The notes beneath the pieces were generated by a model, which was not told where the DNA came from, ran no database searches, and was given only the letters and a program-made list of their open reading frames with translations. The position numbers and the translations under genes are program-made. This document shows, piece after piece, positions 19,753 to 31,290 of a stretch of 64,000 nt of DNA. Positions within the stretch are counted from its first letter, which is position 1. Each line of letters begins with the position of its first letter. Origin of the DNA: an uncultured delta proteobacterium (lineage in GTDB: Bacteria > Desulfobacterota > Zymogenia > Zymogenales > Zymogenaceae); NCBI GenBank assembly GCA_963735595.1, contig CAVTLK010000004.1, positions 288,001-352,000 of the forward strand, read 5' to 3'.

Positions 19753-20588
19753 GGCAAATTCCCGCGTCCCTCATCGCCGAGCGGGTCAGGCAGCTGGTCG
19801 TCAAGGCAAATATCGAGCTCGGCGCCGACGTCACGGCCGCGCTCGAGGGGGCGCTTGGGCGCGAGGAGTCCGAGGCGGGCAGGCTGGTGATCGAGGAAAT
19901 CCTCGAAAACCGCAAGACCGCGGCGCGCGAACGGATGCCGCTGTGCCAGGATACCGGGACGGCAATATTCTTTGCCGATATCGGGTCCGAGGCCCTCGTC
20001 GGGGGGGGAGACCTTGAATCGGCAATCACCGAGGGGATGCGGCGGGGTTACCGGGACGGGCTGTTCAGGACGTCCATGGCCGACCCCCTGACCCGCGTGA
20101 ACACGGGGGACAACGCGCCGGCCGTCATCCATATCCGGCATGTCCCCGGGGATACATTGACCATAACGTTTCTTGCCAAGGGGGGCGGGGCGGAGAACGC
20201 CTCCCGCCTGTTGATGCTTGGGCCGTCGGAACGGGAAGACGCCGTCGCGGCGCGGGTCGCGTCCGTCGTGGACGAGGCCGGGGCCCGTGCCTGCCCGCCG
20301 CTGATCGTGGGGGTGGGGCTGGGGGGGACGTTTGACACCGCGCCGATCATGGCGCGCCGGGCGCTGCTGCGGCCGGTCGGCGCGCCGCACCCGGAGCCGC
20401 GGATCGCCGAGCTCGAGGCGCGGATGCTCGGGGCCGTCAACGACCTGGGCATCGGGCCGATGGGCCTGGGGGGGAGCGTCACTGCGCTCGCGGTCCATGT
20501 CGAGATCGCCCCGTGCCACATCGCCAGCCTGCCGCTTGCCGTCAACCTCCAGTGCCACAGCGCGCGGCACGGGGAGATAGTGCTGTAG
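19749..20588 (+). CDS. Class I fumarate hydratase/tartrate dehydratase alpha subunit
   Basis: PLCQDTG, NTGDNAP, KGGGAEN, ACPP, GIGPMGLGG, CHIASLP, CHSAR. Confidence 0.92.
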   Translation: MRQIPASLIAERVRQLVVKANIELGADVTAALEGALGREESEAGRLVIEEILENRKTAARERMPLCQDTGTAIFFADIGSEALVGGGDLESAITEGMRRGYRDGLFRTSMADPLTRVNTGDNAPAVIHIRHVPGDTLTITFLAKGGGAENASRLLMLGPSEREDAVAARVASVVDEAGARACPPLIVGVGLGGTFDTAPIMARRALLRPVGAPHPEPRIAELEARMLGAVNDLGIGPMGLGGSVTALAVHVEIAPCHIASLPLAVNLQCHSARHGEIVL

Positions 20589-20603
20589 AAAACCGCGAAG
20601 ACC

Positions 20604-21082
20604 TTACCCCCCGAATACTTTCCCGATCCAGGCCCCCACGAAGTGCGTCGTGACGATGACCAGCGCCGCTATCGTCAGGTGCTCGGCGATGACCACGGCG
20701 GGCTTTTTGCCCTGCATCCGGGCGATGACGAAGCTCAGGAACCCCAGCGCGATACCCCCCAGGCAATGCTGACGGCGATTGCCCACGAGAGGTCCAGCAG
20801 GAACACCGGGACGAGAAACGTGGAGGCAAACAGGAACTTGGAGGCGAGGGTGGAGATCGTCGAGGTCCAGATCTCGGCCTCGGTGTGCATGTCCTCGGAT
20901 TCCTCGGAGATGTGGACGCCCAGCGCGTCGGAAAAGGCGTCGGCTATCGCGATGGTCAATACGCCGCCGATGACGACGAGCTTCGAGTGGGTGCTGGAGG
21001 AGAGCCCCATCATCAGGCCGAGGGTGGTGATGATGCCCGAGGTCAGCCCGAAGCTCATGCCGGAAAGGATTGATTTCTTCAT
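20604..21082 (-). CDS. VIT1/CCC1-like membrane protein (frameshift at ~20760)
   Basis: FGLTSGIITTLG, AIADAFSDALG..SEE; C-terminus in the 20604..20786 frame. Confidence 0.78.
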
Positions 21083-21088
21083 AATTAA

Positions 21089-22538
21089 TTACTGCCTTTT
21101 CTTACCCGCCGGCCTGTTGTGCTCCCCGTAGGCCGCGAGGTTGCGTGCCGCGGCCCCTGCCGCCTCGATCGACGGGTGGGTGGAGATCCCCCTCTCGTTG
21201 AGGTAGACAAAGGACCTCAGCCACTCGTCGCCGGAATAGTAGAGCGGCATCACCACCATGAACATCTTTTTTACACCCGCGGCGACGTTGACCATCGCGT
21301 CCAGGAGGTACTGGTTGTAGCCCTCCTTGAAGAGGTGGGCGAACTCGATCTGGTGCTGATATATGATCATATCGGTCTCGGGGTCGTCGTCTATGATCCC
21401 GAACATCTTCTCGAAGACGCCGGGCAGCCCCCCCACGAGGGAAAAATCGACCGGGTTTATAAAGCCGGTGCCCTCCGACGGAATAATGGAGGCAAGGGCC
21501 TCCTGCGTCTCCTTCGCGAAGGGGGGGACGGCCAGGCCCATGCCCGGCAGGACGTCCGCCGCGACGACCCCCTCGCCCCCGCCCCGGTTGACCAGCGCGA
21601 CGCGCCGGCCCACGGTGCCGCGCCGCTTGGTGAAGGCGGAAACCGTCCCGACCAGCTCCTCGAAGGTCGGGACACGGACAGCCCCCGCCTGGCGAAGGGC
21701 CGCGTCCCATAGCCGCGCGCTTCCGGCCATGATGCCGGTGTGCGACGAGGCCGCCTTGGCCCCCGCCTCGCTCATCCCGACCTTGAGCACAACGATCGGC
21801 TTTACCGCCGAGCCGCGTTTGACCAGCTCCGTGAAGCGGCCCGTGTCCGCCGACCCCTCGAGGTAGACGGCGATAACCTCCACGGTTTGATCTGCAATCA
21901 TATATTCCAGGAAATCCTCGACCGAGAGATCGACGGTATTGCCCAGGCTCACGGCCTTGTTTACCCGGTAGGCATAGTGCGCCCCGCACCAGATGAGCGC
22001 CTGGGTCGTGCCGCCGCTCTGGGAAACCACCCCGACGGTGCCCACCCCTTTCGGGAAGATGCCGGGGGGAAAGGCGATACCCACCGCGGGGGAATAGACT
22101 CCCAGGCAGTTGGGCCCGATCACGCGGAGGCCCGTCTCCCGAGCCGCCCGCCTCAACTCGGCTTCAAGCTGCCTGCCCTTGTCGTTTTCCAGGTCGCCGA
22201 AGCCGGAGGAAAAGACATGGGCGGCCTTGACCCCCCTTTGTGCGAGGCGCCGCACGGCGTCAGGCACCTCGCGGGACGGAACGCAGAGGATTGCGTAGTC
22301 TATCCCGGCCGGCAGCGCTTCGATCGAATCGCACGGCTCGTAGTCTCCGACACGGGCCGCCGTTCGTGGAAATGACATATACCTTCCCGGAATAACCCTG
22401 GTTGACCAGGGCATCGAGAAACATGGAGCCGCCCTTTGCGGGGCCCGTCTTTCCCACGAGGGCGATGGTTTGCGGCAGGAAAACGGCGTTCCAGAAGGGG
22501 TCGGAGGGGGGTGGTGTCGGTGTCACGTCAATCTCCAT
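21089..22538 (-). CDS. Acyl-CoA synthetase (NDP-forming) alpha subunit/CoA-binding protein (frameshift at ~22360)
   Basis: GPNCLG, SQSGG, SLGN..D, YLEG, AASSHTG phospho-His, GGG.GV..AD, NPVD. Confidence 0.85.
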
Positions 22539-22777
22539 TATTAGGCCATTATGTTGGCCATCAGTTGGCCATCGGTTAGGCATCGGTCTCGGGTCGTAGC
22601 GGGCCGCGGTGCAGGCATCGTTCTTTTTACTCCATATCTGCCGGCGGATCGGGGCGGCTCTATCCGGCGTTCGCCGGGCTACCGGGTAAATACCGTATCA
22701 TCTGCCCCTTTTTTGTCAAGTATTTTCGTTATTTTCCCGAGATTGGCAAATAAATGAAGCGAACAGTAATAAAACAT

Positions 22778-22808
22778 TTGACAAATCATAATCGTAACGT
22801 TATATAGT
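22778..22808 (+). promoter_or_regulatory. Sigma70-type promoter for the peptide ABC operon
   Basis: TTGACA-17 nt-TATATA. Confidence 0.65.
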
Positions 22809-22962
22809 ATAGTAGCTTTTACTATTTGCTATGGGAAGTGCTCCGTAAGAAGATGCGAAGGGAAGGAACCGCTTATAATACCGTTCGCCGTGTTTGCCCG
22901 CCACGCCCACTATCGTTTTCCCTGTGTGTTTACTATAGAAACTACCTAGTTATGGAGGATTT

Positions 22963-24528
22963 ATGAAATCAAGGAAATTACTTTATGCGGGGTTGATCCT
23001 CGTGTTGGCCGTAGGCCTCGTCTGGGCCGCCGGCTGTGAGAAGAAACCCCCGAAGACCGCCGGCGGTGAGATTGTCATCGGCACTACCGAAAAGATCACG
23101 AAGCTTGATCCGGCAGAGGCCTACGACTTCTACACCTGGGAGATCTTCCAGAACATCTACCAGACGCTCCTGGCCTACAAGCCCGGCACGACCGAACTGG
23201 TCCCGGGGCTGGCCGCCGAGATGCCCGTCGCATCTGCGGACAACAAGGAGTGGACCTTCAAGCTCAGAGAGGGCCTCATGTTCTCCGACGGCACCCCTCT
23301 GACGGCCGACACGGTCAAGTATCAGATCGACCGGGTTATGCTTACCAAGTCCGACCCGTCGTGGCTGGTGGATGACTTCGTCGATCACGTCGAAGTAATC
23401 GACCCGCTGACCGTCAAGTTCGTCCTCAAGACGCCGGTCGCCTACTTCCCGTCACTGGTTGCGACCCCGCCGTATATGCCGGTGGATCCGAAGATCTATC
23501 CTGCCGATAAGACCATCGCCGATCCTACCGCGTTTAACTGCGCGGGCGCCTACATGGTGGAGAAGTTCGTGCGTGACGTGGAGCTGGTTCTCGTGAAGAA
23601 CCCGAACTACTACGGCGACGCAGCGCTCAACGACAAGATCATCATCAAGTTCTACAAGGACGCCACGACGCTTCGCCTCGCCGTCGAAAAGGGCGAGATC
23701 GACATCGCGTGGAAGGCCCTCAACCCCTCCGACATCAAGGACCTGAAGGCCAACCCGAACCTGAAGGTCGTCGAGGCATCCGGCGCCCAGATCAGGTATC
23801 TCTGCTTTGTCTGCAACGGCGATCCCTTCAAGGAGAAAATCCTGAGGGCGGCGGTTGCGGCGGCCGTTGACCGCGCCTCCATTGTCGACAAGATCTTCCT
23901 CGGCACGGTGGAACCCCTCTACTCCATGGTCCCCATCGGGATGTGGAGCCACAAGGATTCCTTCAAGACCGAATACGGCGACGCCAACATCGAAAAGGCC
24001 AAAGAGCTCCTCAAGGGGCTGGGCTTTGACGAAGCCAATCCGTTTACCTTCGAGCTGTGGTACTCGCCGAGCCACTACGGCGATACCGAGGCCGACGTGG
24101 CCCTGCTCCTCAAGCAGGCCCTGGAAGCCACCGGCGTCATGAAGGTCGAGATCAAGAGCGCCGAATGGGGCACGTACAACGAGAACTTCGACAAAGGCAA
24201 CATGAGCGTCTTCCTCCTCGGCTGGTATCCGGATTACATCGACCCGGATGATTACACCTCGGTCTTTGCCCTGTCCTCTGCTTCCGACAGCATGGGGATC
24301 TTCTATGCCGATCCCAAGATGGACGAGCTGCTCCTGAAGGCCCAGGTTACGCCGGACCTGAAAGAGCGGACCAAGATCTACGAAGAGGTCCAGGACTACT
24401 GGGCAAAAGAAGTCCCGACCTGCCCGCTTTTCCAGGGCAAGCTCACGCTTGTGACCCAGCCCTATATCGAGGGCATCAACATTGGCGCGACCATGATCTT
24501 CAACTACGACGTGGTCTACCGCAAATAG
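22963..24528 (+). CDS. Family 5 (peptide/nickel) ABC substrate-binding lipoprotein
   Basis: Lipobox AAGC; LDPA, LVPGLA, WTFKLREG..FSDGTPLTA, GWYPDYIDPD. Confidence 0.93.
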   Translation: MKSRKLLYAGLILVLAVGLVWAAGCEKKPPKTAGGEIVIGTTEKITKLDPAEAYDFYTWEIFQNIYQTLLAYKPGTTELVPGLAAEMPVASADNKEWTFKLREGLMFSDGTPLTADTVKYQIDRVMLTKSDPSWLVDDFVDHVEVIDPLTVKFVLKTPVAYFPSLVATPPYMPVDPKIYPADKTIADPTAFNCAGAYMVEKFVRDVELVLVKNPNYYGDAALNDKIIIKFYKDATTLRLAVEKGEIDIAWKALNPSDIKDLKANPNLKVVEASGAQIRYLCFVCNGDPFKEKILRAAVAAAVDRASIVDKIFLGTVEPLYSMVPIGMWSHKDSFKTEYGDANIEKAKELLKGLGFDEANPFTFELWYSPSHYGDTEADVALLLKQALEATGVMKVEIKSAEWGTYNENFDKGNMSVFLLGWYPDYIDPDDYTSVFALSSASDSMGIFYADPKMDELLLKAQVTPDLKERTKIYEEVQDYWAKEVPTCPLFQGKLTLVTQPYIEGINIGATMIFNYDVVYRK

Positions 24529-24545
24529 CGACAATCTGATGCACC

Positions 24546-24582
24546 GGGGGGGAAGGCCAAACGCCTTCCCCCTCCTTTTTTC
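24546..24582 (+). terminator. Hairpin plus U-tract after the SBP gene
   Basis: GGGGAAGGC-CAAAC-GCCTTCCCC..TTTTTT. Confidence 0.65.
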
Positions 24583-24599
24583 ATCCGGGCGGTTTGCCA

Positions 24600-25639
24600 A
24601 TGAGAGCTCTCTTATCATATATACTGACGCGCATCCTTCTGACGATCCCGATGATCCTCATCCTGCTGACCCTGGTCTTTTTCATCATCAGGGTTATGCC
24701 CGGCGATCCCGTCAAGTCGATGCTGGGGGCGCACGCTCCCAAGGAGACGATGGACGAGATCCGCCACCAGCTCGGGCTGGACAAACCTATCATCGACTTT
24801 TCCACGAACAACCAGTTCGTTGATTATATGTCGGCGCTGCTCCACGGCGATTTCGGAATGTCGCTCTGGTATAAAGTGCCCGTAACCAAGAAGATAGCCC
24901 AGTATTTTCCCGCAACCCTTGAGCTGACGATCTTTGCGCTCCTGTTCGCGGTGGGCCTGGGGGTCGCCACGGGGGCATTTGCGGCCCACAAGCGGAAAAG
25001 CGCCGCCGACTATGCGATCAGGCTCTTCGGGATCACGACCTATTCCATCCCGGTCTTCTGGCTGGGACTGATGCTCCAGATGTTTCTGGGCGTCGGGATC
25101 GGCTGGTTTCCCAGCTGGTTTCCGATCGCCGGCAGGATCGGCGCGCGGATATCGCCGAACGTCGTTACCGGGCTCTACGTCGCTGGACGGGATTATCACC
25201 CTCAATTTCGAACAGGTGATAAGCGCGCTGTGGCACCTGGCGCTGCCGGCCACCGCGCTGGGCCTTATCCTCTGCGGGATCTTTATCAGGCTCACCCGGG
25301 CCAATATGCTCGATGTCCTCAAGCAGGACTACGTCCTGGCGGCCAATGCACGGGGCATCCCCAAACGGAGGGTCGTCTATAAACACGCCCTGAAAAACGC
25401 CTTCGTCCCGATCCTGACCATGATGGGCCTCGAGTTCGCCTACCTCATGTCCGGGGCGGTCTCTGACCGAGACTACCTTCTCGTGGCCGGGGATGGGCAG
25501 CTTCCTGGTCGAGTCGGTCAATTATCGCGATTTCCCGGCCCTGCAGGGGACGATTATTTTTATTGCAATGCTGGTGATGGGAATATCGCTGTTGGTCGAT
25601 ATCCTGTACGCGATCATCGATCCGCGGGTGAGGTACTGA
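24600..25639 (+). CDS. DppB/OppB-type permease (two frameshifts)
   Basis: PGDP, LGLDKP, PATLEL, SIPVFWLG, HLALPA, ARG..V.YKHALKNA, DPRVRY end. Confidence 0.88.
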
Positions 25640-25641
25640 CA

Positions 25642-26517
25642 ATGCGGTACGGCTTTTTATCACGCCCCATCCGCTATTTCATCGAAATGGCCAGGGAACA
25701 CAAGGCCGAATGGTACATCGTTGTGGCCGGCGCCATAATCCTGACCATTATCGTGCTTTCCTCGGTGTTCGCGCCCCTGATCGCCCCGTACGGTCCGCTG
25801 GTGGAAGCCGGAGAGCGGTTCTCGCCGCCGAGCCGTGAATTCATCATGGGGACTAACAACCTCGGGTTCGACGTCTTTTCCCGGATTCTCTACGGCTCCC
25901 GGACGGTGCTCCTGATCTCGATCGCGGCATCGATATTCTCCGCCTTTTTCGGGATACCTATCGGTCTGCTTTCCGGATATTACGGCGGAAAGCTGGACCG
26001 CACCCTCTCGCTGGTCATGGACTCGATCTACTCCTTCCCGGGGCTGATCCTGGCGATCGCCATGGCGGCGATGCTCGGCCCCGGCGTCATGAACATCTCG
26101 CTGGCCATCGCGGTGATCTACGTCCCGACCTATTTTCGTATCGTTCGCGGCCAGGTGCTTTCCGTCAAAGCAGGAGCTCTACGTGGAGGCCGCCCGCTCC
26201 ATCGGGGCAAGCCGGTGACCATCATGAGCGAAATACGTCTTTCCCAACGTGATCGCCTCGGTTGTCGTCATATTTTCGCTGAACGTCGCCGACGCCATCC
26301 TTACCGAGGCGGGCCTCTCGTACCTGGGTCTGGGTCTTCCCCCGGATCTGCCCGGACTGGGGGATCGACCTGTCAAAGGGAAAGGTATTCGTGCCCAGCG
26401 GTATGTGGTGGATCGTTACGTTCCCCGGCCTTATGATCACTGATGGTGGCCCTCTCGTTTACGATGATCGGCGAGGGGCTCAACGAGATCCTCAATCCCC
26501 GGCTCAAGGAGAAATGA
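25642..26517 (+). CDS. DppC/OppC-type permease (several frameshifts)
   Basis: MGTNNLGFDVFSR, GL.SGYYGG, RIVRGQVL, EAGLSYLGLG, WW..TFPG. Confidence 0.85.
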
Positions 26518-27484
26518 GTGGACGACGCTATCCTGACTATCAAGGGTCTCTCTATCCATTACCCGACCTCGTCGGGCATTGTTAGGGCCGTCGACAGCGT
26601 CGATCTTTCTCTGCCGCGGGGCGGCGTCGTGGGGCTGGTGGGGGAAAGCGGCTGCGGAAAATCGACGCTGGGGCTGGCGATCCTCAAGCTGATGCGTCCC
26701 CCGGGTCAGATCGTATCGGGGGATATCGTCCTTGACGGAGAAAACCTGATAGACAAAGACGAAGCCGAGATGAGGAAGGTCCGCGGGCCGAAGGTATCCA
26801 TGGTCTTCCAGGACCCGATGACATCGCTCAACCCCCTGATACGGCTCGACCGGCATTTCCTCGAGACAATCGCGCCCATGAAAACGGCGTCGAGCAAAAA
26901 GGCCGCCATGGCGCGGGTCAATTCGCTGGTGGAGCACCTCGGCATCTCTCCTCGCGCCTCAAGGAATTCCCCCATGAGCTGTCCGGCGGGATGCGGCAGC
27001 GGATCATGATCGGGCTTGCCCTCATCCTCAACCCGCGGCTGATCATCGCCGACGAGCCGACGAACTCGCTGGACGTGATCGTCGAGGCCCACTTCCTCGA
27101 CCTGCTCAAGAGCCTTCAGAAGGAATATAACCTGACGATTCTCCTGATCACCCACAACATGGGGATCGTGGCGCAGCTGGCCGACCGCGTGGCGGTCATG
27201 TACGCCGGCAGGATCGTCGAGGAGGCCGACGTGATGGACCTGTTCGGCAACCCGCTGCACCCCTACACGAGGGGTCTCCTCTCGTCGATCCCGAACATAG
27301 AGGTGGATCAGATGCACCTCTACACGATGCCCGGCTCCCCGCCCGACCTGACGGACCTCCCGCCGGGTTGTCCGTTTCACCCCCGCTGCCCCAGCAGGAT
27401 GAAGATCTGCGACAAGAAATTACCCAACGATATCACCACCGACGGACGGCAGAGTGGAATGCTTCCTCTACGGGGGGGAAATAA
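26518..27484 (+). CDS. DppD/OppD-type ABC ATPase (frameshifts)
   Basis: GESGCGKS, FQDPMTSLNP, MRQR, ADEPT, HPYT, GCPFHPRC. Confidence 0.88.
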
Positions 27485-28497
27485 TGCCTGAACGCGAGAC
27501 GCTTGTGAGCGTTAAGAATCTTAAGAAATATTTCCCGACCCACGGGGGACTTATCGAGGGCCTGTTTACGCCCGAGAAGCGCTACGTCAGGGCCGTGGAC
27601 GACGTATCCTTTGATATCGAGAAGGGCGAGGTAATGGGCCTTGCGGGCGAGAGCGGGTGCGGTAAGACAACGACGGGACGGCTCGTTATGCGGCTCGTTG
27701 ACCCGACCGAAGGCGAGATCAGGTTTGAGGGAAAAGATATCACGCATCTGACGGGCGAGGCGCTGCGGCGGTTCCGCCCGCATATGCAGATGGTTTTCCA
27801 GGACCCCCATGCGTCGCTCAACCCCCGCATGACCGTGGGAGAAAATATCGGGTATTCGCTGGTCATCCAGTCAATCGGAACAAAGAAAGAACAGGAAGAG
27901 CGGGTCAAGGAGGTCATGCAGCGGGTGGCGCTTACCCCCGTGAACGATATCTATAACCGGTACCCGCACCTGCTGTCCGGAGGACAAAAGCAGCGGGTCG
28001 TCCTGGCGCGGGCGCTGGTCCTCTCGCCCAAGCTGGTTGTGGCCGATGAGCCGATCGCCATGGCCGACGTGTCGGTTCGGGCGCTCATCCTCGAGATGAT
28101 GATCAAGCTAAAGGAAGAGCTGAAGCTGACGTACCTGTTCGTCACGCACGACCTGGCCACGGCCAAATATATCTGCAGCCGAATCGCGGTGATGTACCTG
28201 GGCGTTATCGTCGAGATCGGGACGGTGGATCAGGTCTTCCATAACCCGATGCACCCCTACACCAGGGCGCTTCTTGCGGCGGTCCCGGTCCCGAACCCCA
28301 CGCTGCGCCGGCGCCATGCCATAGCGCGGGGAGAGATCCCCTCGGCTATCGCCCCGCCGCCCGGGTGCCGCTTTCACACCCGCTGCCCCATCTCCGACAA
28401 GGGCTGCTGCGAGTATATTCCGCCGATGGTGGAGGTAGAACCGGGCCACCTGGTTGGCTGCTGCAGGCTGGATGAGTGGAAAAAAAGGGGGATGTGA
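27484..28497 (+). CDS. DppF/OppF-type ABC ATPase
   Basis: GESGCGKT, LSGGQKQR, ADEP, HPYT, GCRFHTRC. Confidence 0.92.
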   Translation: MPERETLVSVKNLKKYFPTHGGLIEGLFTPEKRYVRAVDDVSFDIEKGEVMGLAGESGCGKTTTGRLVMRLVDPTEGEIRFEGKDITHLTGEALRRFRPHMQMVFQDPHASLNPRMTVGENIGYSLVIQSIGTKKEQEERVKEVMQRVALTPVNDIYNRYPHLLSGGQKQRVVLARALVLSPKLVVADEPIAMADVSVRALILEMMIKLKEELKLTYLFVTHDLATAKYICSRIAVMYLGVIVEIGTVDQVFHNPMHPYTRALLAAVPVPNPTLRRRHAIARGEIPSAIAPPPGCRFHTRCPISDKGCCEYIPPMVEVEPGHLVGCCRLDEWKKRGM

Positions 28498-28656
28498 GAC
28501 CGTCTGTCGCCTTCTCTTGCCCCCGGCGGCTCTCCGTACCGGGGCACCGTTTTCTGCCGAGAGGGCTTCGCTTTCCCCACCGTATCGTGCGCCCAACGGC
28601 CACCGGCCAAAAATACCGGCGGCCGTTTTGGTTTTCCGGAAAGTCCCGGCGGGGTG

Positions 28657-29352
28657 TCAGCTGGCCAGCCGGTGATGCGCCTTTCTGATTTCCTTGGGAG
28701 TGAAGTGGTAGACCCGCTTGAATTCCCTGCAGAAATAGCCGAAGTGATTGTACCCGACGGCCTTGGCGATCCGGTAGATGGCCAGGTTCGACGTCTCGAG
28801 GAGCTCCTGGGCCTTTTGCATCCTGATGTCTCGCAGGTAGGACTTGATACCCTTTCCGTAGCGCTTTTTGAAATGGTAGAATATCTTCTGCCTGCGGATG
28901 CCAACCGAGTCGGAGAGGTCATTGACCGAGATATCCTTCATGTAATTCTCCAGAAGGAAAAACCGCACCCGGTCGATGGGGTCCATTTCGGTATTGGGAT
29001 TTCCGGTGACCCGCGCGATTGCGGCGGTCAGGTCCTCGAGGTGAACCGGCTTCTTGAGGTAGTATGCTGCGCCGGCGTTGAGGGCCTCAATTGCCATCTC
29101 CTCGGTGGACAGATGCGTCACGACGATAGAGGGAACACCCCATTTCTTTGATTCCCGGATGACCGAGAAGGATTCCTCGGCCCCCACCGCAAAATTGACG
29201 AGTGCCACGTCGGCCTTGCAGGAGCGAATCGTATCAAGCGCACCGACGGCCTCCTTGGTCCATGCCACCTCATAGGCCTTGCCCAGCGCGGAAATGAGGG
29301 AGCTGACGAATTGAGAATCATTGTCGAACACCATAAGACGTTTACTTATCAT
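28657..29352 (-). CDS. Receiver + AraC HTH regulator (atypical receiver)
   Basis: REC fold with ALNAGAAYYLKKP; AraC signature IAKAVGY...YFCREFK; Asn at the expected phospho-Asp position. Confidence 0.85.
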   Translation of the reverse strand: MISKRLMVFDNDSQFVSSLISALGKAYEVAWTKEAVGALDTIRSCKADVALVNFAVGAEESFSVIRESKKWGVPSIVVTHLSTEEMAIEALNAGAAYYLKKPVHLEDLTAAIARVTGNPNTEMDPIDRVRFFLLENYMKDISVNDLSDSVGIRRQKIFYHFKKRYGKGIKSYLRDIRMQKAQELLETSNLAIYRIAKAVGYNHFGYFCREFKRVYHFTPKEIRKAHHRLAS

Positions 29353-29817
29353 GGTTGTCTCCTTTCCCCTTCAAGGATACGTATAACTTGTGTTAGGACG
29401 CCCGTTTGGACGGGGGGTACCGGCTCCGTCCGCATAGTGTTTATAGCAATAAGCATGCCTATTCGAGGATTGCGCGGCATTCTTTTTCAAGTGGACAAAT
29501 GAAGCAAATACAATGAGTTACGGCCCGACAGGTGCGTTGCCCTCATTCGAGAGGCCAAAACTGACTAAAAGTGCCAAATAGTTATACAAAAGAGCGAACG
29601 TATTACGTATCGCTACCGATATTTCGAATAATAACGGCATCTTTCAGAGGTGTAAAATTTTTTTACAGATGGATTGCGCCCGCAAAATATTCATCACGCG
29701 TCGCCTGTCCGCCCCCAATTCCGGCGCACGGGAGCGCGTCGGACCGATAGGCCCGGGCACCGCCCGGTTCTCTTGTGCCGCCCGCGCCGATTCGCGATTC
29801 ACGGCATGTCCCTTCGA

Positions 29818-29870
29818 CGCTTAGACCTTGACGCTTAGACCTTGACAGATACCGGGCGAATCGGTATCAT
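29818..29870 (+). promoter_or_regulatory. Sigma70 promoter of rph with tandem repeat and spacer palindrome
   Basis: CGCTTAGACCTTGA x2, TTGACA-17 nt-TATCAT, GATACCG-N7-CGGTATC. Confidence 0.6.
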
Positions 29871-29898
29871 CTACCCTCACTTCTATCGGGGAGCGTGC

Positions 29899-30666
29899 GT
29901 GAAAACAACGAGAAACAACAGGCCGGTCGATTGGCTCCGGCGGAACGGACGGCAGTTTAACGCCATCCGTCCGGTTACAATGACCAAGAACTATATCCCG
30001 TATGCCGAGGGCAGCGTGCTCATCGAGATGGGGATGACGAGGGTCATCGCCACGGCCTCCGTGGAGGACCGGGTCCCCGGCTTCCTCAAGGGAACCGGCG
30101 GCGGTTGGGTCACCGCGGAATACGGGATGCTGCCACGCTCCACCGAGACCAGGATGACCCGCGAGGTCACGCAGGGGAGGGCCGGCGGCAGGACGCTGGA
30201 GATACAGCGGCTCATCGGCAGGGCGCTCAGGGCAGTCGTCGACCTCAGGGCGCTGGGCGAGCGCACGATCTGGATAGACTGCGACGTGATCTGCGCCGAC
30301 GGGGGAACGCGCACCGCGTCCATCACCGGGGGTTTTGTGGCCCTGGCAGAATGCCTCATGAAGATGAAAAAGACCGGCCAGATATCCCGCGTGCCGATCA
30401 GGGACTACATCGCGGCGGTCAGCGCCGGCGTCGTGGACGGAAAGACCCTGCTCGACCTGGACTACAAGGAAGATTCGGCGGCGGAGGTCGACATGAACTT
30501 CGTCATAACGGGCTCCGGCCTCTTCGTGGAGGTGCAGGGCACGGCCGAAAACCACCCCTTCGATCAGAATACGCTCGATACCATGATGGGGCTTGCCCGG
30601 GACGGGATTGCCCTGCTCATCGAAAAGCAGAAAGAGCTCCTCGGGGAGATCAGTGACAAGACCTGA
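29899..30666 (+). CDS. rph: Ribonuclease PH
   Basis: [57 protein letters not shown]. Confidence 0.97.
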   Translation: MKTTRNNRPVDWLRRNGRQFNAIRPVTMTKNYIPYAEGSVLIEMGMTRVIATASVEDRVPGFLKGTGGGWVTAEYGMLPRSTETRMTREVTQGRAGGRTLEIQRLIGRALRAVVDLRALGERTIWIDCDVICADGGTRTASITGGFVALAECLMKMKKTGQISRVPIRDYIAAVSAGVVDGKTLLDLDYKEDSAAEVDMNFVITGSGLFVEVQGTAENHPFDQNTLDTMMGLARDGIALLIEKQKELLGEISDKT

Positions 30667-31264
30667 GATCGTGATTGCCACCAAGAACCGGGGCAAGCTC
30701 GCGGAATTCCGGCAGATCATGGACGAGCTGGGGCTGACGGACAGCGTGGAGGTGACGTCGCTCCTCGATGTTGCCGATTACCCCGACGTCGAGGAGACGG
30801 GCGGCACCTTCGAGGAAAACGCCCTGATCAAGGCGCGGGCGGCGGCGGCTTTCACGGGCCTGCTTTCCGCGGCAGACGACTCGGGGCTGGAGGTGGAGGC
30901 GCTGAATGGGGCGCCGGGGGTGCTGTCGGCCCGCTTTGCGGGCCCTTCGTCCACGGACGCGGCCAACAACGAAAAGCTGCTGGGGCTCCTCGCCGGCGTT
31001 TCTCCCGAGCGGCGGTCGGCCCGGTTCGTGGCGGTGATCGCGCTGGTCACCCCGGACGGGCGGGAGGCCATCGTGCGCGGGGAGTGCCGGGGCGCTATCG
31101 CCGATGCGCCCCGGGGCGGCGGCGGGTTCGGGTATGACCCGGTTTTCTTTTATCCCCCCCTCGGCAAGACCTACGCCGAGATGAGCGACCCCGAGAAAAA
31201 CCGGATCAGCCACCGCAGGCGCGCGATCGAGGCGCTGTGCGGCGTGCTGCCGGAGTTTCTGTAA
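30653..31264 (+). CDS. rdgB: Non-canonical purine NTP pyrophosphatase (HAM1)
   Basis: ATKNRGK, ENALIKA, ADDSGL, GFGYDP, KNRISHR. Confidence 0.96.
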   Translation: MTRPEIVIATKNRGKLAEFRQIMDELGLTDSVEVTSLLDVADYPDVEETGGTFEENALIKARAAAAFTGLLSAADDSGLEVEALNGAPGVLSARFAGPSSTDAANNEKLLGLLAGVSPERRSARFVAVIALVTPDGREAIVRGECRGAIADAPRGGGGFGYDPVFFYPPLGKTYAEMSDPEKNRISHRRRAIEALCGVLPEFL

Positions 31265-31290
31265 TCTGCCAATCAAGCGGGGGTTGCGGC

